40,570 bases of DNA. Origin: Oceanospirillaceae bacterium. GTDB taxonomy: Bacteria > Pseudomonadota > Gammaproteobacteria > Pseudomonadales > Balneatricaceae. The translations under genes were made by a program, and so were the position numbers. The stretch is taken from positions 1 through 40,570 of the forward strand of contig JABXHP010000111.1 in NCBI GenBank assembly GCA_013373575.1. The letters run 5' to 3'. The notes under the pieces were generated by a model. The model was not told where the DNA came from. It ran no database searches and worked only from the letters and a program-made list of their open reading frames with translations. Shown here piece after piece: positions 1 through 12,190 of this stretch (within the stretch, counting starts at the first letter, position 1; every line of letters starts with the position of its first letter).

Positions 1-332
1 ACCAACGTTTTACCCTCACCCGTGCGCATCTCGGCAACCTTGCCTTCGTGCAGTGTCATACCACCGATCAGCTGTACATCGAAGTGGCGCATGCCCATCA
101 CGCGCTTAGACGCTTCACGACAAGCTGCAAAGGCCTCTGGCAGGATCTTGTCTAGATCTTCGCCCTGCTCCAAGCGCTCGCGGAACTCTAGTGTCTTACC
201 TTTGAGCTCCTCATCACTGAGTGCTTCGAAGCTGGGCTCGAGTTCGTTGATGAGTTTTACGACCTTCCCCATGCGTTTAAGTTCACGATCGTTTTTGCTA
301 CCGAAGAGTTTTTTAAGAATATTTGTCAGCAT
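1..332 (-). CDS. secA: Preprotein translocase ATPase SecA, N-terminal part (runs off the window edge; not in the ORF track)
   Basis: Manual translation from ATG at 332: [21 protein letters not shown]...[47 protein letters not shown], which includes the SecA Walker A motif MRTGEGKT. Confidence 0.97.
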   Translation of the reverse strand, partial: MLTNILKKLFGSKNDRELKRMGKVVKLINELEPSFEALSDEELKGKTLEFRERLEQGEDLDKILPEAFAACREASKRVMGMRHFDVQLIGGMTLHEGKVAEMRTGEGKTL

Positions 333-490
333 GGTTTGGTCATCTAAGAGAAATCAATTTTTAAGTTATTGGGGGCGGCGAAGTGACAAATCAACCATCA
401 CTTAAAAATCATCCGCACCTAAGACATTGTATTCAGTCTGTGTTCTGCCTAGCGCTCTCTCTTGAAGCGATCTTAAAGAGAAGCTCGCAA

Positions 491-525
491 ACAAAAACAG
501 GGCCCGTAAAACGAGGCCCTGTTTT
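491..525 (-). terminator. Rho-independent terminator after lpxC
   Basis: Minus strand CAGGGCC-loop-GGCCCTG followed by TTTTTGTTT, about 20 nt after the lpxC stop. Confidence 0.8.
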
Positions 526-543
526 ATACCACAACTGGCGGTT

Positions 544-1458
544 TTAAACAGCCGCAGCGGGGCGCTGATAAGAGATTGGCGCCTTGTGCTCGTCTGTTTC
601 GAAGGTGACAATTTCGTAAGCAGACTCGTCCGCCAGCAGCGTGCGCAGCAGACGGTTATTGAGGAAATGCCCTGACTTATGTCCGTAAAACTCACCAATC
701 AGGCTCTTACCCAGCAGATAGAGATCTCCCACGGCATCAAGAATCTTGTGCTTTACGAACTCATCTTCGTAACGCAAGCCGTCATCGTTAAGGATGCGGT
801 AGTCATCGACTACGATTGCATTATCAAAACTGCCACCCAGTGCGAGGTTCTGTGAACGCAGGTATTCGATATCGCGCATAAAACCGAAGGTACGGGCCCG
901 TGCGACCTCTTTCACAAATGAGGTGCTAGAGAAGTCTAGCGCAGCTTCCATGGTTCGCTCTTTGAAGGCTGGGTGGTCGAACTCGATCTGGAAGCCCACT
1001 TTAAAGCCATCAAAGGGTCTAAAGATCGCCGCCTTACCGTCCGCCTCGACACGAACCTCTTTCTTGATACGGATAAATTGCTTAGGTGCATCCTGCTCAT
1101 CGATACCGGCTGACTGAACTAGGAAGACGAACGGCGCAGCACTGCCATCCATGATTGGCACCTCTTCGGCGCTCAACTCGATGTAGGCGTTGTCGATGCC
1201 TAGGCCAGCCAATGCGGAGAGCAGGTGTTCGATTGTGGCAACACGCACACCATCTTTAGCAATGTTTGTAGAGAGCGTTGTATCAGCAACATTGAGCGCC
1301 AGCGCAGGGATTTCGACAACTGGATCGAGATCTACACGGCGGAAGATAATACCGGTGTTAACCGGCGCAGGGCGCAGCGTCAAATAGACCTTTTGGCCAG
1401 AGTGCAGGCCTATACCGGTCGCTTTGATGCTATTTTTGAGCGTACGTTGCTTGATCAT
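544..1458 (-). CDS. lpxC: UDP-3-O-acyl-N-acetylglucosamine deacetylase
   Basis: MIKQRTLK start, TIEHLLSAL and [10 protein letters not shown] zinc-binding motifs, position after ftsZ. Confidence 0.98.
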   Translation of the reverse strand: MIKQRTLKNSIKATGIGLHSGQKVYLTLRPAPVNTGIIFRRVDLDPVVEIPALALNVADTTLSTNIAKDGVRVATIEHLLSALAGLGIDNAYIELSAEEVPIMDGSAAPFVFLVQSAGIDEQDAPKQFIRIKKEVRVEADGKAAIFRPFDGFKVGFQIEFDHPAFKERTMEAALDFSSTSFVKEVARARTFGFMRDIEYLRSQNLALGGSFDNAIVVDDYRILNDDGLRYEDEFVKHKILDAVGDLYLLGKSLIGEFYGHKSGHFLNNRLLRTLLADESAYEIVTFETDEHKAPISYQRPAAAV

Positions 1459-1502
1459 TCGAAGCGGATACCAAACTTAAGTCTTAATAATCTTGCAATG
1501 AT

Positions 1503-1541
1503 AAAGCAAAACCCTGCTCGATAACAGTGACCGGCAGGGTT
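1503..1541 (-). terminator. Stem-loop or possible terminator between ftsZ and lpxC
   Basis: Minus strand AACCCTGC...GCAGGGTT followed by TTGCTTT. Confidence 0.45.
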
Positions 1542-1566
1542 AATCCCGAGTTTATTCAGTTTCAGT

Positions 1567-2751
1567 TCAGCGACGCGCGAAGGTCGGAATATCCAGTTCG
1601 TGCAGATCCAGAGTCGTTTTTTCTTGCTGCGGGCGGCCCAACAGAGCCTCCTTGCGATCGCGCGTGAGGATCTCTGGCAGCTCTATTTTTGTAAGGTCTA
1701 GCTCAGCACTCGGCTTTGCTGCTGCAGTACTCACCGCAGGAGTGCTAACGAGAACTGGAGACTCTGCCACTTCAGGTACCTGCTCGACGCGCTTTGCGCG
1801 GTCCAAGCCAGTGGCAACCACGGTCACTTTGATCTGCTCGCCAAGCGACGGGTCGATAGCCGTGCCAATGACAACCGTGGCATCATCAGCGGCATACTCC
1901 TGAACAATCTCACCGACTGCAGAGAACTCACCCAGGCTTAGGTCTTCACCTGCGGCTACGTTAACCAAAATACCTTTTGCACCTTTGAGACAAACATCTT
2001 CCAGCAGTGGACTGTTAACTGCTTGCTCAGCCGCCTCAACTGCGCGCTCATCCCCGGTAGCCAGCCCGGTACCCATCATCGCCATACCCATCTCAGCCAT
2101 CACTGTACGCACATCGGCAAAGTCGACGTTGATCATGCCGGGGTTGGTGATTAGATCTGCAATACCTTGAACGGCGCCCTTGAGCACGTCGTTGGCAACA
2201 CCGAAGGCATCCATCAAGGAGGTCTTGCGACCCAGCACTGGTACCAGCTTATCGTTAGGCAGAATGATGAGTGAATCGACTGCCTGACGCAGCTCTTCGA
2301 TACCCGCTTCAGCGACAGCGGTACGCTTTTTACCCTCAAACTTGAACGGGCGTGTTACCACTGCAACCGTCAGAGCACCCACTTCACGCGCTAGCTCGGC
2401 AATAATTGGCGCTGCACCTGTACCGGTGCCGCCCCCCATACCAGCGGTGATAAAGACCAGGTCTGCCCCCTTGAGTTGTTCACGCAGCAGGTCGCGGTTC
2501 TCGATAGCCGCTTGACGACCCACTTCTGGGTTTGCACCGGCACCCAGGCCCTTAGTCAGATCGGTACCCAGATGTAGCACTGTGCCAGCGCTGAGGCGCT
2601 GTAACGCCTGCGCATCGGTATTGGTGCAGAGAAACTCTACACCTTCCAAGGAACTGCTAAGCATATGCTCAACGGCGTTACCGCCGCCGCCGCCGACACC
2701 TAAAACTTTAATTCGCGCCCCGGATTGAATCTCTTCAACAAGTTGGAACAT
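1567..2751 (-). CDS. ftsZ: Cell division protein FtsZ
   Basis: [17 protein letters not shown], tubulin signature GGGTGTG, T7 loop INVDFADV, C-terminal DIPTF. Confidence 0.98.
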   Translation of the reverse strand: MFQLVEEIQSGARIKVLGVGGGGGNAVEHMLSSSLEGVEFLCTNTDAQALQRLSAGTVLHLGTDLTKGLGAGANPEVGRQAAIENRDLLREQLKGADLVFITAGMGGGTGTGAAPIIAELAREVGALTVAVVTRPFKFEGKKRTAVAEAGIEELRQAVDSLIILPNDKLVPVLGRKTSLMDAFGVANDVLKGAVQGIADLITNPGMINVDFADVRTVMAEMGMAMMGTGLATGDERAVEAAEQAVNSPLLEDVCLKGAKGILVNVAAGEDLSLGEFSAVGEIVQEYAADDATVVIGTAIDPSLGEQIKVTVVATGLDRAKRVEQVPEVAESPVLVSTPAVSTAAAKPSAELDLTKIELPEILTRDRKEALLGRPQQEKTTLDLHELDIPTFARR

Positions 2752-2846
2752 TTCTACCCCCTTCTGGTGCTACCCCCAAAATTTGTAGCACCAGTGATTT
2801 ACTGTTCGAGTGGTAGCTTCTGCGTCTACCAGCCCAGTCTTAAAAA

Positions 2847-3694
2847 TTATTTTTTCTTATCCGCCGAGTTTTCAGACGTTTCGCGCCAACGCACAGCCAC
2901 ACCGTTGGTGTAGCGGATATCCACTTCAACTACCTGATCAGCTCTGTCTGCTAGCTGTGCCGCGTAGACATCCAGAAAACGGCGTAGTCTGGGCATGAGC
3001 TCTTCGCGCCCAGCGATAATATGGATGCCGTTGTCTAACTCGATATTCCAAGCGCCGCGCGCCTCTAGGTCGAGGCCGATAATTCGCAAGCCGGAACGAC
3101 TAAAGAGCTGACTCAGATCGTGAAACTGCTGCATGATGCGAACCGTTTCATGAGCGGGGCCATTCAAGCGCGGTAGCGAAGCGTACTCGGGCTTGAGCTC
3201 GGGCCAAAAAATATCACCCTCATGATTCAGCAGTCCGCGGCCGCCCCAACGTGCCACTGGCACCTCCTCTGTCAGCTCAACTTCTAGCGCCGCCGGCCAG
3301 CTGCGTTTGATAGATGCTTCGTTGATCCATGGCTGAGTTACCAGGCTTTCATGTAACTGCTGCAGATCGATATCCAGCAGCGGCGCGTTGATCTCACGCC
3401 AGACCCCCTGCTCTACCGCACTTTTATCGATATGGCGTGTCGCCCCCTCAACAGCAACATAGCCAATCTGGCGATCAATCCAGCTGACATACTCACGGAT
3501 GCCCGCGTACCAGAGCGCCAGCACAACGCCAGCCAGTGTCAGAATAAAGAGCGGACGCCAGATCCATTCGCTCTCTTGCTGCACTTGGGCCTCCACCTCG
3601 ACTTCAGTCGATTCAAATAGCAGGTTGGCATCCACCTCCACCAGAGGTTCAATGCGCGCCTGATCTTTGCGGCTCCAAGGCAACGAAATGGTCA

Positions 3695-3695
<1 letters not shown>
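2847..3695 (-). CDS. ftsQ: Cell division protein FtsQ/DivIB
   Basis: Single TM segment, POTRA-like region (PWINEASIKRSWP), C-terminal VDIRYTNGVAVRW, position after ddl. Confidence 0.93.
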
Positions 3696-6055
<2,360 letters not shown>

Positions 6056-6066
<11 letters not shown>

Positions 6067-7132
6067 GGCAAACCTCCAAGCAAATATCTGCGACGCGCTG
6101 CCCGGCATCGGGGCGCCCCTGCTCACGCGCGCGCTCAGCCATAGCGAGCAGCTGTTCACGTGAATTGTGTTGTTTGAGCCAGTCGAGCAGGCGCTCGGCT
6201 GTTAAATCTCTCTGTGCTATCAGGTCAGCAGCGCCGGCATTTACAAGGTAACGGGCATTGGCTGTCTGATGGTCGTCGACCGCGTGGGGGAAGGGAACGA
6301 AGAGCGCAGCGACACCGGCGATGGCTATCTCTGACACGGTCAAAGCGCCGGCGCGGCATATTACCAGATCTGCCCAGCTGTACGCCTCATCCATCTGCTC
6401 AATAAAGGGGAGAACCTGAGCCTTCACACCGGTTTGAACGTATGCATTTTGCGTCACTGCGAGGTGCTTTTCACCAGTCTGGTGGATAACCTCGGGGCGC
6501 TCCTCTTCTGGCAGCAATGCCAACGCTTGCGGCAAGAGTTCGTTAATAGCTAGAGCACCAAGGCTACCGCCAACCACTAAAAGACGCAGTTTGCCTTGGC
6601 GCTCAGCAAAGCGCTCTGCAGGTGGCGCAAGGTTAAGAATTGGGCCCCGAATAGGATTGCCAACTACCTCGCCCTGCAGGCCTGTTTTAAAGGCATCGGG
6701 AAAAGCTTGTAGTACGCGGCGAGCAAAGCGACGCGACTGGGTATTGGTGACACCCGCAATGGCATTCTGCTCGTGAATTACCAGCGGGCAACCCTGTAGG
6801 TAGGCTGCGAGTGCGCCGGGCCCTGAAGCAAAACCGCCCATCCCCAACACCACATCAGGCTTGAAGCACTGTACAACTGAGCGCGCTTGCATCACCGCTT
6901 TAACCATCTTAAACGGTGCCAGCAGTAGGCTCAGTTTAGATTTACCGCGCACACCCTCTACCGAGATAGTGCTGAGCTTAATCCCCGCCTCTGGCACCAC
7001 GCGAGCTTCGATACGCTGCGCCGTACCGAGCCACTCTATCTCATGTCCCTGACTTCTCAATAGATCGGCCACAGCAAGCGCGGGAAAGACATGCCCGCCG
7101 GTGCCGCCCGCCATTACCAGAACCCGGCTCAT
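6056..7132 (-). CDS. murG: Lipid II GlcNAc transferase MurG
   Basis: [30 protein letters not shown] motifs. Confidence 0.97.
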
Positions 7133-8385
7133 GCGGCCCTCCCCTGCGCAGCGGCAGATTTGGTGACAAGACGCGCCCAGAGCAGCGCAATTCGACTTGG
7201 CGCACTCTTAATCCCCAGGCGTTGGCGCTTGAGCTCAAGGTCGATGCGCTGAACAATCGCGATCATACCAGCACAGACTAACAGCGAGGAGCCGCCGTAA
7301 CTCATGAGCGGCAGCGTTAGCCCCTTGGTTGGGAGTGCACCTACGTTTACGCCAATATTGATTAGCGCCTGACCCGCCAGAATAAAACCGAAGCCGTAGG
7401 CGACATACCCCATAAAGAACTGACGTTGACGTTCGGCTTGTCGGCCAATCAGGAAGATACGAGCAATTAGCACAACATAAAGAGCAACCACCACCAGCGC
7501 GCCGAACAGGCCTAACTCTTCAGCCAAAACGGAGTAGACAAAGTCCGTATGCGCTTCGGGAAGGTAGAAAAGCTTCTGTACGGAGTTACCTAAACCAGCA
7601 CCAAACCAATCACCTCGACCGAAGGCGATCTGCGCCTGCGAGAGCTGATACCCAGCCCCGTAGGGATCTGCCCAGGGGTCAGCGAAAGATTTGAGACGCG
7701 CCAGACGGTAGGGCTGCGCCAACGCCATCGCTCCTACCAGCGTCGATACGATAGTCACCAGCGTCACCAACTGCAGTGGCTTCATCCCACCGAGGAATAT
7801 CATCCCCATCACCGTAGCAGTTAGCACCACAATGGCGCCGTAGTCGGGCTCTAGATAGAGTGCAAATACATAGAAGGCGAGCGGTACAGCGGGTTTAATT
7901 ACCCCCCTCCAACTGGAGCGCACTTCATGCAGACGACGCACAAGATAGCCGGAGATAAACATCACCATACAGAGCTTGGCGATCTCCGATGCCTGCAGGT
8001 TGAAGCTCCCTAAACCGATCCAACGACGGCTACCATTAACCTCGCGTCCAATCCCCGGTATAAGCACGATAATAATCAATGCCAGTCCCGCAAACAGCAG
8101 AAAGACCGAAGAGCGCTCCCAGAGCCGCATCGGGATTCTAACCAGAATGGCCGCGGCAATAAGCGCAAGTACAACAAACAGCCCGTGACGGAAGATGAAG
8201 AAAAAGGGGCCGCCGAAGTTGTCTGACGCCACATCCATAGAGGCTGATGAGATCATCACAAAACCGGTGAGCATAAGCGCCAACATGCTGCCGATCATCC
8301 AAGGGTCAAACGGCAGAGTGCCCTGAGGCAGGCGCATCAGGGCTGGTTCGTTCACCTTAGATAGCGGCAGAGTGACCCGTTTCAT
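7129..8385 (-). CDS. ftsW: SEDS peptidoglycan polymerase FtsW
   Basis: Multiple TM segments; NGSRRWI, QASEIAK, LPEAHTDF, PTKGLTLPLMSYGGSS. Confidence 0.96.
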   Translation of the reverse strand: MKRVTLPLSKVNEPALMRLPQGTLPFDPWMIGSMLALMLTGFVMISSASMDVASDNFGGPFFFIFRHGLFVVLALIAAAILVRIPMRLWERSSVFLLFAGLALIIIVLIPGIGREVNGSRRWIGLGSFNLQASEIAKLCMVMFISGYLVRRLHEVRSSWRGVIKPAVPLAFYVFALYLEPDYGAIVVLTATVMGMIFLGGMKPLQLVTLVTIVSTLVGAMALAQPYRLARLKSFADPWADPYGAGYQLSQAQIAFGRGDWFGAGLGNSVQKLFYLPEAHTDFVYSVLAEELGLFGALVVVALYVVLIARIFLIGRQAERQRQFFMGYVAYGFGFILAGQALINIGVNVGALPTKGLTLPLMSYGGSSLLVCAGMIAIVQRIDLELKRQRLGIKSAPSRIALLWARLVTKSAAAQGRAA

Positions 8386-9731
8386 CAGAGCGCCTCCACC
8401 AGATCTATAAAGTGGTTACCGCGTGCTTCGAAGCCCGAGTACATATCGAAACTGGCACAGGCCGGCGATAGGAGCACCAAATCGCCCGCACTCGCCAGTT
8501 TAGCCGCTAAAGCGACAGCTTCCTCCATGCTACCCACCAGCTTCGTCTGTGGATGATCAATGTCGCTACTGAGCTTTTCGGCATCCTCACCGAGCAAAAT
8601 CAGCGCTCTGGCGTGTTGTTTCAGCGGTTCGGCCAGCTCGCTAAAGGACTGATCTTTACCCTGCCCGCCCGCAATTAGCACTAACTTCTCACCCGCAGCC
8701 AATGTGGCACCTAGCCCCTTAATTGCCGCCAGCGTTGCTCCCACATTGGTGCCTTTGGAGTCATTAAACCAGGTGACCTTTTGATGTTTGCGCACCCACT
8801 GACAGCGATGCGCCAGCCCAGTGAACTGGCTCAGCGTCTGTAACATCGAATCCAACGGCAGATTGACCGCCTCGCCCAATGCAAGTGCCGCAAGGGCGTT
8901 GGCAACATTATGCTCGCCGCGAATTTTGAGCTGCGCAACATCCAATAGTGGTTGAACGCCTTTTGCCAGCACCACCCCTTTATCGGAGCGTAACACCCCG
9001 TAGTGCCCCAGATCTGGCGCACCCAAGCCAAAGCTAAGCTGGGTGACATCCTTAGCCACCAATGGACGGCTGAGTGAGTCGTCCCGGTTGAATATTGCAA
9101 CCTGAGCGCGACGGTAGATACGGTGTTTGGCCTGATGGTACTCCAGCATATTGGCGTAGCGGTCCATGTGGTCCGCTGACAGGTTTAATACGGTCGCAGC
9201 ACGCGGGCGCAGCTCTGCACAGGTCTCTAGCTGGAAGCTGGAGAGTTCAAGCACATAGAGCTCAACATCTTTATCGAGTAGATCCAGTACGGGAATACCA
9301 ATATTGCCACCAACCGCAACATTGACGCCCGCTTCAGCTGCCATCTGGCCTACTAGAGTGGTCACGGTGCTCTTACCGTTAGAGCCGGTAATCGCAATTA
9401 CAGGCGCGTTAATTTCTCGCGCGAATAGATCGATATCACCCAGCAGCCTCGCACCACGGGCCAGCGCAAAATCGATAGCCGGATTGGCCTTCGCCACACC
9501 TGGGCTGATAATCAGCTCTGTAGCGGCACTCAACCAGTCAGCATCAAGTGGGCCGGTGCGCAATTCAACCTCGGGAAATTCAGTTTTGAACTCTGAGATA
9601 GCCGCCCCAGACTCGCGCGTGTCACAGGCGGCAAAAGCGAGTCCGCGGCGTTTTAGATAGCGCGCAACGCTGATACCGGTCTGGCCGGTACCGATGATAA
9701 TGCGGAATTGATCGCTGGTTATCAGTGCCAC
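8385..9731 (-). CDS. murD: UDP-MurNAc-L-Ala--D-glutamate ligase
   Basis: ITGSNGKSTVT, ELSSFQL, NDSKGTN, LSPACASFD motifs. Confidence 0.97.
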   Translation of the reverse strand: MALITSDQFRIIIGTGQTGISVARYLKRRGLAFAACDTRESGAAISEFKTEFPEVELRTGPLDADWLSAATELIISPGVAKANPAIDFALARGARLLGDIDLFAREINAPVIAITGSNGKSTVTTLVGQMAAEAGVNVAVGGNIGIPVLDLLDKDVELYVLELSSFQLETCAELRPRAATVLNLSADHMDRYANMLEYHQAKHRIYRRAQVAIFNRDDSLSRPLVAKDVTQLSFGLGAPDLGHYGVLRSDKGVVLAKGVQPLLDVAQLKIRGEHNVANALAALALGEAVNLPLDSMLQTLSQFTGLAHRCQWVRKHQKVTWFNDSKGTNVGATLAAIKGLGATLAAGEKLVLIAGGQGKDQSFSELAEPLKQHARALILLGEDAEKLSSDIDHPQTKLVGSMEEAVALAAKLASAGDLVLLSPACASFDMYSGFEARGNHFIDLVEAL

Positions 9732-9741
9732 AACCTACCCC

Positions 9742-10824
9742 TTAGCGCAGTTTCAGCGATGCCAGACCCACCAGCACCAGAATAAAGCTGATAATCCAGA
9801 AGCGCACAATGACGCGTGGCTCCGGCCAGCCCTTAAGTTCAAAGTGGTGATGGATAGGTGCCATACGGAAGATACGACGCCCCGTCAGCTTGAAGGAGCC
9901 AACCTGCAGGATGACCGAGACCGTCTCCAGCACGAAGATGCCCCCCATAATGAAGAGGACCAACTCTTGGCGCACAATAACAGCGACCACACCCAAGGCA
10001 GCCCCTAGCGCCAGCGCGCCAACGTCACCCATAAAGACCTGTGCCGGATAGGTGTTAAACCAGAGAAAGCCCAGTCCCGCTCCGATAATTGAGCCGAGAA
10101 AGATAATCAGCTCACCAGAACCTGCCACATATGGAATATTGAGGTAGTTGGCGAAGTTGACGTGACCACTGAGATAGGCGAATACCGCCAAGGCGCCGGC
10201 CACCATAACCGTTGGCATGATCGCCAGACCATCCAGCCCGTCGGTCAGGTTCACCGCGTTAGATGTTCCGACAATAACCAAGTAGACGAAGGGGATGAAC
10301 AGAATCCCCAGAGGCAGCGCGGTATCTTTGAGGTAAGGAATTAGTAACTGGGTCTCAATCGGTTCATCAGCAAGCATGTAGAGCGCCACCGCAGCGGCGA
10401 TACCCCCGATAGATTGCCAAAAATATTTCCACCGTGCAGGCAGGCCGCGCGAATCCTTCTCCACCACCTTGCGCCAGTCATCAACCCAACCGACTGCACC
10501 AAAAATCGCAGTTACCCCGAGTGTTATCCAGACATAGACGTTGGTTAGATCGCTCCAGAGCAGTGTGCTGATAGCTATCGCGAGAAGAATAAGTCCGCCA
10601 CCCATAGTTGGCGTTCCCGCTTTGCTTAAGTGCGATTGAGGACCATCAGAACGTACCGCTTGGCCAATCTGCTTCACCTGCAATTTACGAATCAATTTTG
10701 GACCGATCAGAAGAGAGATCGCTAGGGCTGTCAGTATTCCCATAATGCCGCGCATTGTGATGTAACGAAAAACGTTCAATGCGCTAAAATAATCGGCTAG
10801 ATAATCCGCCAAAAAAAGCAGCAT
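9742..10824 (-). CDS. mraY: Phospho-MurNAc-pentapeptide transferase (start moved to ATG at 10824, 360 aa)
   Basis: [36 protein letters not shown]; GGGAGG upstream of ATG 10824. Confidence 0.97.
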   Translation of the reverse strand: MLLFLADYLADYFSALNVFRYITMRGIMGILTALAISLLIGPKLIRKLQVKQIGQAVRSDGPQSHLSKAGTPTMGGGLILLAIAISTLLWSDLTNVYVWITLGVTAIFGAVGWVDDWRKVVEKDSRGLPARWKYFWQSIGGIAAAVALYMLADEPIETQLLIPYLKDTALPLGILFIPFVYLVIVGTSNAVNLTDGLDGLAIMPTVMVAGALAVFAYLSGHVNFANYLNIPYVAGSGELIIFLGSIIGAGLGFLWFNTYPAQVFMGDVGALALGAALGVVAVIVRQELVLFIMGGIFVLETVSVILQVGSFKLTGRRIFRMAPIHHHFELKGWPEPRVIVRFWIISFILVLVGLASLKLR

Positions 10825-10825
10825 C

Positions 10826-12190
10826 TCAGACCTCCCTATCCAAAAGTGCAGTGACAACCTTATCCATGACAGCACTGCGTGAACCCTTAACCAGAATCGT
10901 GCCTCGTCTTATTGACTCTAGCTTCTGCAGCAACTCCAGTTGCGTCTCAAAAAATATCGCGTTTGCACCCTGCGCCTGAGCGGCTTCTACGCAGTGGCGC
11001 ATCAACTCACCCGTGGCAAAGAGGTTTTCGATGCCAGCTTTTGCGACGTAACGCCCCAACTCTCGGTGTTCCATATCCTCTCGTGGGCCCAGTTCTGCCA
11101 TAGCACCGAGCACCAAAGTGTGGGGACGCGGAAGCAACTTGAGGACATCCACTGCAGCCCGCATCGAGTCTGGATTAGCGTTGTAACTATCATCTATCAG
11201 ACGCAGTTTTTCGCTCAGTTGATGTGCCTGCAGGCGTCCCTTGAAGCCACGATACTGGGCCAACGCATCTACCGCATCAGCAGGATCGAGATTCAGTGCA
11301 ACCAAAGCAGCGAAGGCTGCGAGCGCATTGCTCACCATATGACGCCCCATCACGTTAAGCGTGACAGGGAAGACTCTACCGCGCACACAGAGGCGGAAGT
11401 TAAAACAACCATCCTCGCGCTGAACAAGCTTATCCGCCCTCACATCCGCACTGGAGTGAACGCCAAAGGTAAGGGCTTTGCGTTTCAACTGAGCTAGGCG
11501 CGCTGTCCAAGCAGAGCTGTGGGGGTCGTCGAGATTGACGATGCCGATGCCGCCTGGTTTAAGACCGGTGTAGATCTCCCCTTTAGCAACCACAATATTC
11601 TCTAGGCTGCCAAACCCCTCAACATGCGCTGCCATAGCGTTGTTCAGAATGGCCACATCGGGCTGTGCCATAGCGACTGTACGCGCGATCTCGCCAAGCC
11701 CACTGGCGCCGAGTTCTATCACCGCATACTCATGTTCGGGCGCTAACTCAAGCAGCGTTAGCGGTGCACCGATCTCGTTATTAAGGTTGCCGCGCGTTGC
11801 AAGTGTTGGTCCTAAGGAGGCGAACATCAACGCCAGCATCTCTTTAACCGTGGTTTTTCCGGCTGAACCAGTTACCGCAACGAGCGCGCCTTCATACTTC
11901 TGACGGTTGAATTTTCCGAGGCGGCCTAATGCGGCCAAGGTATCTGTAACCAGGATCTGACTGATCTGCGTAGACTGAGCTTGACTCACCAGCACCGCCT
12001 CTGCACCTGCAGATGCGACTTGCTCTACGAACTGATGCGCATCAAAACGCTCGCCTTTAAGCGCTACAAAGAGCGAACCCGGCGCAGCTTGGCGGCTGTC
12101 CGTTGTTATTCTCTCAATGGTCTTATCCATGCCCTGAAGCTCACCTTCACAGGCTCTAGCAAGTTCGCTTAGTGAGTATGACTGCATCAT
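10826..12190 (-). CDS. murF: UDP-MurNAc-tripeptide--D-Ala-D-Ala ligase
   Basis: [34 protein letters not shown] motifs. Confidence 0.96.
   Translation of the reverse strand: MMQSYSLSELARACEGELQGMDKTIERITTDSRQAAPGSLFVALKGERFDAHQFVEQVASAGAEAVLVSQAQSTQISQILVTDTLAALGRLGKFNRQKYEGALVAVTGSAGKTTVKEMLALMFASLGPTLATRGNLNNEIGAPLTLLELAPEHEYAVIELGASGLGEIARTVAMAQPDVAILNNAMAAHVEGFGSLENIVVAKGEIYTGLKPGGIGIVNLDDPHSSAWTARLAQLKRKALTFGVHSSADVRADKLVQREDGCFNFRLCVRGRVFPVTLNVMGRHMVSNALAAFAALVALNLDPADAVDALAQYRGFKGRLQAHQLSEKLRLIDDSYNANPDSMRAAVDVLKLLPRPHTLVLGAMAELGPREDMEHRELGRYVAKAGIENLFATGELMRHCVEAAQAQGANAIFFETQLELLQKLESIRRGTILVKGSRSAVMDKVVTALLDREV

Noticed and set aside
22-698. ORF-track ORFs 22..405 (+) and 402..698 (-)
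   Set aside because: Shadow frames of secA and lpxC; the second also crosses the lpxC terminator
6067-6159. Long N-terminal overlaps in the ORF track (murC; likewise mraY, ldhA, rsmI/lpoA, petC)
   Set aside because: Artefacts of longest-ORF calling; downstream starts give family-typical N-termini, mostly with a clear RBS
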